Positions 23,205-33,694 of a stretch of 64,000 nucleotides of DNA are shown here, piece after piece (the first letter of the stretch is position 1; the number at the start of each line of letters is the position of its first letter). This DNA is from Epithemia pelagica (Eukaryota; Protista; Bacillariophyta), in NCBI GenBank assembly GCA_946965045.2, contig OX337239.1, positions 3,241,233 through 3,305,232 on the forward strand, read 5' to 3'. The notes below the pieces were generated by a model. That model ran no database searches, had not been told where the DNA came from, and saw only the letters and a list, made by a program, of their open reading frames with translations. A program made the translations under genes and the position numbers.

Positions 23205-26200
23205 CTAGCTCCCCCCCCCATTCTCCTCTACATCCTCCTCCACATCCATCACTGCCTCCTCCGGGACTGCACCAACATCATCTTCTGCCATAGGATGGAT
23301 TGGCAGTTCTCCATCTGCCTCCACTCCTTCAATTTCCGGACCGTTCAGCTCGTCAAGTTCTCCGGCTAGTGGGTCACCCACTCCTTGAATTTCCATGTGT
23401 TGATCATCGGGACCAATCATTGGGTTGATTGCAGGTTCGCCGTCATCTTCTTCAGGATCAACATAGTCGGGGTTGTTAACGGCATCCACCAGCTCATCTT
23501 CGATCATCTCATCATCATAGCGTAGCTCGATGTCCTCCTCTTCTTCATTGATGTAGGATTCATCGTCTTCTTCGTTGTAAAGGTCGTTGTCTTGATCCAT
23601 CCACAAAATCCGATTATCTCTATTACCGAAAGCTAACCCTGGTTGCATGTTTTGGGCTCTAGCCAATTGGTGCACACGTTGGATCACTTCTTGGGGCATC
23701 GGTAGGGCTGTGGCGTGATTCCGTGTTATGACTCGCCCGCTGACAAGACTCAAAAAATAATAACTACCCTGACGATTCCCAGTAGGCCTCAATGCTAGAG
23801 CACCTATGGTCCTGGGCGCCATCGAGTTGTCATGTTCTTCATGACATTGGACATACTGTCCAAATTCGAAGCGACAGTGCTTGTTGAAGTCCACCTGTTC
23901 TCCCGTGACGAGCAGTCGTGGGCTTTCTGATTGTGAAATCCCCAACCGATGAGGGAAACTATTTAGCCAGAATGTAGCGAATTTGGCCATCTCAATGATC
24001 ATGACCTTCGGGATTTCTTTGAATGGTAGGGTGTTATAAACACATCTCATTCTTTCTTTTACTGTACGTATGTACCTTTCAATGTCTCCCACATGTTCAT
24101 CTCTTGCGGTAGGATTTAACAATACACCGATCAATTGCAACTCTGTCTTCATTTTTTCGGAACAGAAGGCTCCGTCAGCGAGTAACATCCGCGGGCGCAT
24201 ACCACCTCTGCGGTAGATTGCAACCACTTTGCGCAACGAGTTCATGACATCATCGTCAGTGGTATTGGCCATTGCTTCCATGGTCCCAAAATGCAACTTC
24301 CTTGACGTCGTTGCGAGGAAAGGAATGTTGTTGACGTGGAGAATATCAACAGTGAGTGTCACGTCCTTGTGTTCTTCTTTGATTCGTGGTGGCACGGTCT
24401 GTGACGAGTCAACCACAGGCGATTTACGACGAGTTGTCTTGCCTTTGAGACTTCCAAGGTCTGGCCCGTATATTTTCTCGGCCCTCTTGACGTCGTCCAC
24501 AGTGATCGTTGTGTTCGGCAACAGATTGTTTCGTATGATGTGTACGAAATCACGTGTGGATGGACGACCTATCTTGGCCATTAATGATCGTGCCAGTCTA
24601 GCTCTATAGACTTCGTCTTGAGAATAAGCAGATTCATTATCATTAACCGTAGTGATGAAACTACTCTGCATTCTTGACGTATCCATATAGAACAAACCGT
24701 CTTGACTTGGCAGGAATTGATGTTTGAGTCGCCCTGAAGATCGGTCGAAGAGATTGAATGTGTTGCCGTTCTCGCTGTCATACTTGATTGAGAACCTTGT
24801 GCGTGCGTTATTGAGTGATATGATGTTGGCCGGCCCTTCCGGGTCATGCCAGACGATGCCATATCCGGGGAGTAGGCCTTGTTTGGAGATCTGACGTCGC
24901 CCAGCGTGACTTTGGATCATGATTGGGCGCTCGGCTGTGTGAATGTTCTTGAGGAGGGTGGAGTCTCGGATAATGTCTACAGTCGATTGGTTGTCGAGGA
25001 GTAGCCATTCTGGGGATATGCTAGCCTGTGAAGAAGAAGCAGAAAACGAATATTGAAGTGAGTCACGATGAGCATCCTGAAGGCCGGTTGATTCATTGGT
25101 CTCATTCCATTCACCATTATTGTTGGTTTGTGTTTGATTTGATTCATGGCCTCGTGATTGTCCGCTGCCTGTGCTCGCTAGTTCTCTTCCTCGGCTATTG
25201 TTGCCACTCCCATTGCGACTCTGAGTTTGTCGTGAGTTTGTTGTCATGTGGCTATTACCAGTCAATGTGGACGCCGCTTGGCTTTCATTGCTGTTGTCCA
25301 ACTCTTGTGTATGGTATGCCATGCCAGTGGCATTCTCAGTCGGGGTCTGTTGGTTTTGGTTCGATTGCTTCTGTTTACCTGTCATGCGGTTATCAAGAAT
25401 TGCCCTTGCATCCGCCAGGGTGGCCGGATACACATCCTTGTGGCCGTCCAAAAACATGTTTTGCAAATGGGCCTCATATTCTCGATGGCCACATGTTCGG
25501 ATGAATCGGATCGCAACACATCTCTCTTGTGCTTCTTCTCGATCGATGTCTGAAGGAGGGTCCCTTCCGTTTTTCTTGGCTATCATATCCACGAGATCTT
25601 TGTCATACAACACCACACCCACCTCATTGAGCACTTTAACCTTTGCCCTAAACACTTCATAGTAGCTGTGTAGGGTTTGATTGTTTCTGCGCTTCAAACC
25701 ATAAAATTCTTCTTTCAACTTGTCACGACCGACTAGCTTATAGATCCGGCCAGAATCAAACGTGAAGGTGGTTTGCTTGATCAACTTGAGTAACGCTACA
25801 CCGTCCCTTTCATCGTTGATCGCTTCATATTCTGGTTTGGCTTGCAACTTGTCCTTCATGAGGGGCGTGCATTGCCCGAGAATGACACTGAACAAGGAAG
25901 CGCGAAAGTTGCGATACGCCTTCACTTGATCCTTTCTCGCTTTGTACTCCATTTTCCATTCTTCCATCTGAATGGGATCCGTGGGATCATCTGGAACCTT
26001 TGCCTTGTCTGGATCTTTAAGTTCCAATTTCTCCAGTGCCTTTTGATACTCTAGGTTGTAGTAGTCGAATGATGTCCCCACGTATCCCACTAACAACTCA
26101 ACGTTGCGTAGGTAACGTTTCGACTGGGGATCTTCACTATAATCAAACACGCAATCTTTCAGCGATGGTTCTTGGCCCTGAAAGCGAGTGTTTGATTGTT

Positions 26201-26324
26201 GGCCTTGGTTTTTGCCACGACCTCCTCGTCCTCTGCCTCCGTTGGGTCGACCACCCGTTTGATTGCCTCGTCCGCCGTTTGATTCCTGTCCATCCGGCCG
26301 CGGACCGTTCCCACCAGTCAACAT
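23205..26324 (-). CDS. Copia Gag-protease-integrase polyprotein (first part of pol)
   Basis: Protease WLLLDNQSTVDII; integrase DILHVNNIPFL...ADGAF...EHVGDIERYIRTVKER...WLNSFP. Ends at a G9 run (23211-23219), after which the RT frame differs. Confidence 0.9.
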   Translation of the reverse strand: MLTGGNGPRPDGQESNGGRGNQTGGRPNGGRGRGGRGKNQGQQSNTRFQGQEPSLKDCVFDYSEDPQSKRYLRNVELLVGYVGTSFDYYNLEYQKALEKLELKDPDKAKVPDDPTDPIQMEEWKMEYKARKDQVKAYRNFRASLFSVILGQCTPLMKDKLQAKPEYEAINDERDGVALLKLIKQTTFTFDSGRIYKLVGRDKLKEEFYGLKRRNNQTLHSYYEVFRAKVKVLNEVGVVLYDKDLVDMIAKKNGRDPPSDIDREEAQERCVAIRFIRTCGHREYEAHLQNMFLDGHKDVYPATLADARAILDNRMTGKQKQSNQNQQTPTENATGMAYHTQELDNSNESQAASTLTGNSHMTTNSRQTQSRNGSGNNSRGRELASTGSGQSRGHESNQTQTNNNGEWNETNESTGLQDAHRDSLQYSFSASSSQASISPEWLLLDNQSTVDIIRDSTLLKNIHTAERPIMIQSHAGRRQISKQGLLPGYGIVWHDPEGPANIISLNNARTRFSIKYDSENGNTFNLFDRSSGRLKHQFLPSQDGLFYMDTSRMQSSFITTVNDNESAYSQDEVYRARLARSLMAKIGRPSTRDFVHIIRNNLLPNTTITVDDVKRAEKIYGPDLGSLKGKTTRRKSPVVDSSQTVPPRIKEEHKDVTLTVDILHVNNIPFLATTSRKLHFGTMEAMANTTDDDVMNSLRKVVAIYRRGGMRPRMLLADGAFCSEKMKTELQLIGVLLNPTARDEHVGDIERYIRTVKERMRCVYNTLPFKEIPKVMIIEMAKFATFWLNSFPHRLGISQSESPRLLVTGEQVDFNKHCRFEFGQYVQCHEEHDNSMAPRTIGALALRPTGNRQGSYYFLSLVSGRVITRNHATALPMPQEVIQRVHQLARAQNMQPGLAFGNRDNRILWMDQDNDLYNEEDDESYINEEEEDIELRYDDEMIEDELVDAVNNPDYVDPEEDDGEPAINPMIGPDDQHMEIQGVGDPLAGELDELNGPEIEGVEADGELPIHPMAEDDVGAVPEEAVMDVEEDVEENGGGS

Positions 26325-26325
26325 C

Positions 26326-27018
26326 TTATTCGATTACAGCTAGACTGTCTCGGTGTCGACGATGTTCTTCGTGTTTGCCGGTAGATGGATTCCAAATGCG
26401 AAGGAAGTGGTAGAAACTACCGTGTCGCGACATGACTCCTTCAAGATAAGTAGTGGAGGTTTGATTCTTCAACTTGAGGGGATTGAGTACCCACACTCTG
26501 GTTCCAATTGGGATCCACCTTATGGGGCTGTTTCTTTGCGATGCGATTGAAGGAGGCTGTGGGACTTGCACTGGATGACTTGTACCACTGGCTTGAGGTT
26601 GAGGCGTACTGTTTTGAGATCTTGATCGTTGCTTTGCCTGTCCAGTTGTCTGTTTTACCTCTGGTTCGGGCGTCGATTGCCTTGATGGTTGCGGTGGATC
26701 CGGTGTAGCTGACCGGGGTTCTGGGACAGGTGTGTTGTTGTCAAGGGATTGAATTTCTCTTAACAAGTTGTCACGTTTTGCCTGAGCTTTTTCAAACACA
26801 AGTTGCTTCCGAATCTCACACTCGTCGTACGCGTTATCACGATCCGTTTCTCGTTGACGCTCAAGAGCCGCCACCGTTTGACGGTGTTGAGCTTCTCTTC
26901 TTCGGTATTCTTGTTGAAAGCGCTCTTCAATTGCGTGTACTTCTTCTTGTTCCTCGAGAGTCAGCTGAGCCAATTGAGCCAATATATCTTGCCAACGAGC
27001 TTCAAGTCTATCGCTCAT
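26326..27018 (-). CDS. Extra 230-aa ORF upstream of Copia gag, unknown function
   Basis: Intact ORF between the PBS and gag: coiled-coil-like N-terminus, Pro/Gln linker and a compact C-terminal domain. Its TAA is separated from the gag ATG by 1 nt (TAA-G-ATG). Confidence 0.7.
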   Translation of the reverse strand: MSDRLEARWQDILAQLAQLTLEEQEEVHAIEERFQQEYRRREAQHRQTVAALERQRETDRDNAYDECEIRKQLVFEKAQAKRDNLLREIQSLDNNTPVPEPRSATPDPPQPSRQSTPEPEVKQTTGQAKQRSRSQNSTPQPQASGTSHPVQVPQPPSIASQRNSPIRWIPIGTRVWVLNPLKLKNQTSTTYLEGVMSRHGSFYHFLRIWNPSTGKHEEHRRHRDSLAVIE

Positions 27019-27064
27019 ATAGCGTAGTTCCCTTCACAGTCTGTGATGAGATATAATGCTTTAT

Positions 27065-27078
27065 TTCTAAGGAGATTA
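27065..27078 (-). promoter_or_regulatory. Primer-binding site complementary to the element's own LTR (candidate self-priming PBS)
   Basis: Minus-strand TAATCTCCTTAGAA immediately follows the 5' LTR and is the exact complement of minus-strand TTCTAAGGAGATTA at 27152-27139. No TGG-starting tRNA-type PBS is present. Confidence 0.7.
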
Positions 27079-27306
27079 TGTTGAAACTCAAACAAGCCGT
27101 GCCGTAAAAGCAACTCTTTATAGGCTTATCGAACTACGTAATCTCCTTAGAATGAACACTTGCTTGTTCATCTTGCCTAATGTTGCTTTTGCCACGTCGA
27201 CGGACTAAAGTCCATGCTTCGGCATCTTCATCCTTTGCTTCCGAATCACTCTCTTTAGTCGCGGCTTGTTCGCTGCTACTCGTCGCCCGGTCACATATCC
27301 TCAACA
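27079..27306 (-). repeat. 5' LTR of the Copia element
   Basis: TG..CA termini; lacks 15 bp (ATTCAAGTTTGGATC) relative to the 3' LTR. Confidence 0.95.
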
Positions 27307-27497
27307 CTCTCCCTCCTAAAACACAGCACAAGGTATACTTCTTCGGGCAGCAAAAGATACTTCTTGGGACTTGTCATGTAATCTATGTGCGATTGACTTC
27401 CATTCACTATCGTACGCATGACAGGCATGGCTCCACGCTCCAGGCAAAAAAAAGCCCTCGCTCCGAAAAGCTCCTACCAAAAGAGCGCCCCGTGACC

Positions 27498-28716
27498 ATG
27501 ACAACGAGACTGCAAAATCAAGCATGTCAGTCCGGCCTTGTCTTATCGGACGACAAAGCAGAATGGAATGAAAACGGTTGGCCTCCTCTCGAGGGTGGAT
27601 GGCGTTCGTTTCATGCATCGGTCGTACTAAATCATCCCGTTGCAAACAGTCGTGGTGATGGGAGGATATCAACGAGGTCCAGGCGGGCTCGATTCCGTTC
27701 TTGTATTAAATTTAGCAGATCCAAACAAGCACTGGCGCGAAGGACCACCCATGAACAAGAGTCGTCGAGGACATGCCGCTGCTGCGTGCAACGGAAGCGT
27801 CTACGTGATGGGAGGATACTCTGAAGGTTCATGTTTAAATTGTATCGAACGAATTGACGTACAGGATTTGCTGCAATCACCATTAACAACCACCACCACT
27901 CAGGATAGTCATTGGACGACATTGACATGTCGATTATCAACGAAACGAAAAGGATGTTGTGCTGTTGCGGTTCACAACCGAAACATCGTCGTAATGGGTG
28001 GCGATGGCTGTGGTCGAACGTTGTCGTCGGTCGATATTATTGATACCTGGACCCACACTGTCACTGCAGGACCAAGCATGAACATTCCTCGACAATTTTG
28101 TTCCAGTGCGGTCATTGGACACCGCATCTATGTCCTTGGAGGCGAAGAAGAGCATGACCATATTCTTGACTCGGTGGAGTATTTAGACTGTGCAACACCC
28201 CGTGACAATCATGAGACAAAGGAGCAGACTGGCTCGACATTCATTTCTTTCTCGTCCAGTTGGATCACTCATTCTGATTTGGTGCCTTCCAATGCACGAA
28301 TTTCTTGTGCAATGGTTGCCGTGGGATCTTGTCTGGTGGTGGCGGGAGGATGGAGCAATTCAACCGTGGAAGTCTTGGATACGCACCGCAACCGCGTGTG
28401 GAATCTCCCGCCATTCACTAATAACCGCCATGGTTGCACTATGGTGACTGTTGCCAATCATGTTGCCGTGATTGGTGGATGGGACAATCCTACCTGTGCG
28501 ACGTTACCACTTCTGGATAGAAATTCGTGGTGTTTTCGTCGACTCTTTAAGCAGCCTCGGAACGAATGGTATTATTGTCTAGAAAGATCGGGTAACAAAG
28601 ATGTCAATGTAACATCCAGGACCATTTCGACATCCGCTCTTAAACGATTGAGGACCAATTGGATGGCACTTGAAATGTGCAACAAGTTGAACGGCCATGA
28701 GCTTGGCACGATATAA
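27498..28716 (+). pseudogene. Kelch-repeat gene, copy 5, frameshifted in blade 1
   Basis: ATG 27498 (MTTRLQNQACQSG) lies in the frame of ORF 27180..27824. The rest of the propeller is in ORF 27640..28716. A deletion near 27635-27645 removes the NHP..QTVV linker and shifts frame. The Copia insertion lies ~190 bp upstream. Confidence 0.85.
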
Positions 28717-30800
28717 TGGTCATTATACTCTCGTACAAAACAGGAGATCGTGTCCATCCTAAGTTACGTTGTGAATCATAAAAGTTAATGAAAAGCTCTA
28801 AATCACTAAAACCATACACGAGTGGCTTGCTCTGTCGAAAAAGACATCACTCTAGACTGCTTTCAAAGAGCAACTCCTAGTATGGTTTGAAGGCACTCAC
28901 CTTGTATGGAAGATGACCGCACATGAATTTCCTTCTGAAGTCATGGCGTTTGTGGCAGTCGGATCCATGCACCACCATGGTCAGTTATCCGTGTCGTAGA
29001 TAATGAGATGTTACAGCGTCCGCCATGGCACTGCTGTCCTCTGCAAACCTGTGGATATCTGGCAACCACTCTTGGGTGGATGGCCATGGTTCCGTTCCCT
29101 CTCTGTACTGTTGAAAACTTTCTGGTCTTGATCAGAATGAATCTTCTTTCAATGGAAGATCACGGTCTTTCATGGTCTCGTTTCATCTTTTAGGCAAAGA
29201 AGGAGCGGCCTGAAGTGTGTCTCTTCAAGTGATGGCACATAAGGAACGAGAGTGTCGCTGGGACCATGACCTGATAGTTGTGGGACAGTCGGTGGGGCCA
29301 TGGACTGGTAGCAATGGCTGGATCCGACAGCAGCCAACACAGTTTGTCTTCGTTTTGTTTTCGTTGCGATGGCAGCAGTGCAAAGTATACTTCCCCTGTT
29401 GCAGGCAGGACACGTTTATCGTGGGTCGTCGTCGATTCCTCTTCCTTGGTGCCAATGTCTCGTTGTAAAGGAACCACCTGTTGCAGGCAAGACAGGTTTA
29501 TCGTGGGTCGTCGTTGATTCCTCATTCATGGTGTCACTGTCGTTGTGGAGCAACCAATCCGTCGACGCGGTACAAATATTGGTGGTGCTACGATTCCCAA
29601 GACTATGCTTCTGGTGGGCCTTGTTCCGACAAGGCAACTGTGTTTTGGAAGTCGTCATTTGATGGTGATGCATCGATCGACCTGTTGTGCAAGAGACGAT
29701 TGTTCTTGTTGTTGGTGTTTGGCTGCTGTTGGTGGATCAGGGATTGTGATTTTTCACTTCTTGTCGTCATCCTTGATGAAAGAGATAGACGATTCGTATA
29801 GTTGGTGTTGTTTGGATGGATCAAGGCGATTCTTGTTGTCACTGTTGTCCACTTCTGATGGTTCTTCGTGGTGGAAATCGAGCATGGATGGTTTCTGCTT
29901 CTATACTTTGGTTTTGTTATTGGTTACACCACTCCACCACGACAATCTTTGTACCTCGAGCTAATCGGCAGAATCAGCAAGAAGCGACAACAAGCACAAG
30001 AGGGGCTATATGACAAACTCCCCGAACAAAACCTTGCCACGAGTAGGACAGGAATCTTGATTGATTGTCAAGTCTGGCTTCTCTTTTTTGTCGTGAAATC
30101 CTCATCAAGTTTGGCTCTATTTTGGCTGTAGGTCCTTTTGCCGGAACCTCTGACACATAAAACTCTTGTACGTTCTCGACCCCAGGTGGATCCAAACGAC
30201 GACTCCGCTGGTCTACCTTTTGTTCCTTGAACTCTTGTGGTTTTCAATCGAGACGACAAGTTCACCCATTGGCAAATGTAGCACCGGTCCTGACTCCCAC
30301 CGTCGCGAACGGAGGCCATTGAGCCAGTGCGATATGCGGCCGTCTGCACAATCATTGAACCGCATGCGCGAGCATTGCTGACAACCGGCGCAGACGGCAC
30401 GAGACGGATTTGGCTCTCCCAAAAAGACCATGATTGATGGAGCCGGTATCAATACTGACATAGGAGACCAACCTTTGCGGTCCAACCACATCCACGTGAC
30501 ATTCTCGAAAGCGATCCAAAGAAGACGACTGCAGGCGTCTGCTGCTAATGCAACACGAGAAGCAAGTCAGAATGGGATGGATGACATCATTTTCCTTCTG
30601 GTCCATCATGTCGTCGGATTCTCGTCTCTGTGTGATTGTACTTGTGGCCTTGCTGCCTCCACTATACCCGATGAGTGATGCCCATTCGAATCATTGGATC
30701 AAGAAGGCAAGAAGACCACTCTCTTGCAACATCTCTCTGTTGAAGTTGTTGTCGTTGTGAACTGACTGTATAGGACCAAGGGAAGAATTGTGTGGAAATT
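28700..30800. repeat. Segmental duplication, paralog of ~52990-54830
   Basis: Colinear near-identical sequence after copies 5 and 9 (e.g. ORFs 29545..29964 and 29603..29842 vs 53484..54188). The Kelch tails EWYYCLERSG...LKRLRTN are also shared. Confidence 0.85.
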
Positions 30801-31073
30801 AGGGATTGTCAATCTGTGGACCTATTCATCATACAAAAGGACCTCTTCATCACAAATGCTGTCACTCTCTCCCTTTCGTCGTCGAGCAAAAGATACTTTT
30901 TGGGGCTTGTCATGAAATCTATGTGCGATTGATTTCCCTTCACCATCGTACGCAGGACAGGCACACCTTACGGTCTCCACGCAAAAAAAGCAAAGCGCTT
31001 CCACGCGTTGCTCTCAAAAATACTTTCTCTCGTGCTGCCATTTCTTGTCAACGTATTAGTAAAGCGCTGTACC

Positions 31074-32294
31074 ATGACAACGTTACTGAAAGAACAAGCA
31101 TGGCAGTCGGGCCTTGTCTTATCGGACGAGACAGCAGAGTGGAATCAAAATGACTGGCCTCCACTTGTGGGTGGATGGCGTGCAGGTCTTGATCACCCCG
31201 ATACGGACGGCAACGACAACAACAACAACAACAACAACAAGAGACAAACCGTCGTCGTGTTGGGTGGATACCAGACAGTTCAAGGCGCGCTCGATTCCAT
31301 TCTTGTATTAAACTTGGCAGAATCAACCAAGCAGTGGCGAGAAGGGCCACGCATGAACCAGAAACGTTCTGGACATGCCACTGTTGTGTGCAACGGTGGC
31401 GTCTACGTCATGGGAGGCTACAATGGAAGCTCAGTATTTGATTGTATCGAACGAATTGACGAAAATGATTTGCTGCTATCACCTTTAACAACAAACATCA
31501 TCACACATGCGAGTAATTGGACGACATTGACATGTCGGTTATCATCTGGACGACATGGGTGTTGTGCTGTCGCGGTTCACAACCGATACATCGTTGTAAT
31601 GGGTGGATACAGCGATCGTTATTTGTCGTCGGTGGATATTATAGATACAAACAGCCACACTGTCATTGCCGGACCAAGCATGATTGTTCCACGACAATGG
31701 TTTGCCAGTGCGGTCATTGGTCACCGCATCTTTGTCGTTGGAGGTCATAACGATAATGGCCATCTTGACTCGGTGGAGTATTTGGACAATGCAACACCCT
31801 GTGACAATGATGCGACAAAAAAGGAAACTGGCTCGACGTTCATATCTTTCTCGTCCGCTTGGATCACTCAGTCGGAGTTGAGGCTTTCCAATGCACAAAG
31901 TTCTTGTGCAATGGTTGCCGTTGGATCTTGTCTGGTGGTGGCGGGTGGACAAGGCCATTCAACCGTGGAAGTCTTGGATACGCGCCGCAACCGCGTTTGG
32001 AATCTCCCACCATTGGATAATCACCGCGACGACTGCAGTACGGTGACTGTTGCCAATCAAGTTGCCGTGATAAGTGGCTGGGGAAGTCCTACCTGTGCGA
32101 CATTACCACTACTGGACAAGCATACGTGGTGTTTTCAACGACTCTTTGACCAGCAGTTCAACATATGGTGTCTATTTCGGGAAGGAAGGAATATCCAACA
32201 TGCTGATAACTCGCCTTTCCCCACCTGGACATCAGATCGTAAACGAGCAAGGCCCCACACGCACCGTGGTGATGAAGGGAAGGATGGAACTTGA
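31074..32294 (+). CDS. Kelch-repeat protein, array copy 6
   Basis: ORF 31008..32294, ATG 31074. Six repeats; poly-Asn (AAC)n expansion in the blade-1 insert; tail RKRARP. Confidence 0.92.
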   Translation: MTTLLKEQAWQSGLVLSDETAEWNQNDWPPLVGGWRAGLDHPDTDGNDNNNNNNNKRQTVVVLGGYQTVQGALDSILVLNLAESTKQWREGPRMNQKRSGHATVVCNGGVYVMGGYNGSSVFDCIERIDENDLLLSPLTTNIITHASNWTTLTCRLSSGRHGCCAVAVHNRYIVVMGGYSDRYLSSVDIIDTNSHTVIAGPSMIVPRQWFASAVIGHRIFVVGGHNDNGHLDSVEYLDNATPCDNDATKKETGSTFISFSSAWITQSELRLSNAQSSCAMVAVGSCLVVAGGQGHSTVEVLDTRRNRVWNLPPLDNHRDDCSTVTVANQVAVISGWGSPTCATLPLLDKHTWCFQRLFDQQFNIWCLFREGRNIQHADNSPFPTWTSDRKRARPHTHRGDEGKDGT

Positions 32295-33127
32295 AATTTG
32301 CAACGTACTGCATGTATGTCCTAACATTAGCGGAACTATATGGCATTATCATTTTACTCTCAAACAGTAGTTGGATTGTTTTCTTCATGGCATTGCGAAC
32401 TATAGAGATATCATGTACACCGTTGTACTAGTAGAAAATGAAAGTTACACCATCCGGCATGAAACCGCAAACAGGAGTGGAGCCAGGCCTCGGGTAGATG
32501 TTCATGGTACCATGCCTCTCTGTGCTGTTGAATGGGTCGAGTTATCATGCTGTGGAAGATTATATGGCTACGTGCCCGAAACAACATGGCGCAGCGACTT
32601 ATTTGGACGGTCATCTTCGTTCCGACCATGCGTTTAATTGTGTGGAGTCCGGTCCTTCTATGGCTAATGCCTGCGTAAGAGGGCAGTGCCCCGTCTTTCG
32701 ATGCTCGTGGCGGTTTTGGGTGACAGGACAATTGCGAATCCTTTGGAATTTTTCACACCGACGTGTTCGATATTTCCTCCAATACAGCAACTATTCTATA
32801 TCATGAGGTCGGTAATTTGCTCGCAATGGACCGAACGGCAACACGGAATCGAGTCTCGTCGTTCCCACACCACAACCTTCCGAACTACGAACGCAGCCAC
32901 AAATGAAGAAGTACCTAAATTGGACGAAACTGCTGACGGCGCTATTGCCGTGGAACCGGCTGTGTTCAATTCCATCTTGGAAGTCGGAGCATTGACGGCG
33001 GCGACGACAACGACAACGAATCAGGAAACCTCCACCACCGCTATTCCCTGTCGCACTATTGCTCGTTCGAATGCTAATGCCTGGAAACAAGCTGCTCCCC
33101 ATCGCAATGTCTTGCCTTTCAATGATA
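32030..33127. repeat. Near-identical duplication of ~59010-60102, continuing after the LINE (41946-42540 vs ~60085-60680)
   Basis: The end of Kelch copy 6 plus its spacer match copy 11 plus its spacer almost base for base; the LINE interrupts only the first copy. Confidence 0.9.
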
Positions 33128-33694
33128 CAAATACAACTCATAGATTAGTCTTTTTAACTCTAGACTGCCCAAGGCTTTTACGTCGCTTCCTCACAGACAG
33201 ATCCAAAGATAGATACTGTCGCAGAAGTCGACCAGGAACACAGTAGAAAACACGATAGAAAACACGATAAGGAAAGTAAGCCACACATAAAAGAAGGGAA
33301 CTGAGAACCGGAAGGAGACACAGCTTTAGGGAGCGGACGGTTGGAAGAATCGCCTGAACCGGCGGCGCTGAGCCGCCAAAGCGCGATAAGGCCGTTGCCG
33401 GCGGGCGGCGTGGATCCGGACCAGGAAAAGGCGTTGGCGGCCGGGCGCATCCTGCAAACGAAACTCCAACGGCCGCTGAAACAAGTCTTGGACGGGACGG
33501 GGTAAGCCCAGGGTACCGCGATCGTATTCCTCTTGGATGGAATGACGAAGCGCGGCCTGTTCCTGAGCCGCAGCCCGCCGAGCCTGGTGGCCGTTGCGGT
33601 GTTCCCACAGGTCCCAGGCGGTGTTCCACAGAAACTCAATAAATGCAGCTAGCCAACGACGGCCAGTATTGCGTTTCCCAAAAACTGGTAGTAA

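Larger units (their letters stand above)
21246..27306 (-). mobile_element. Ty1/Copia LTR retrotransposon (diatom CoDi-like), full length but defective
   Basis: LTRs TGTTG...CAACA at 21246-21488 (243 bp) and 27079-27306 (228 bp), identical by eye except one 15-bp indel. 5-bp TSD CTCTC (21241-21245; 27307-27311). Domain order gag-PR-IN-RT-RH. Confidence 0.96.

Noticed and set aside
23205-23225. Programmed ribosomal frameshift at the G9 run
   Set aside because: It lies between IN and RT, not at gag/pol, and Copia pol is normally continuous there. A homopolymer indel or sequencing error is simpler.
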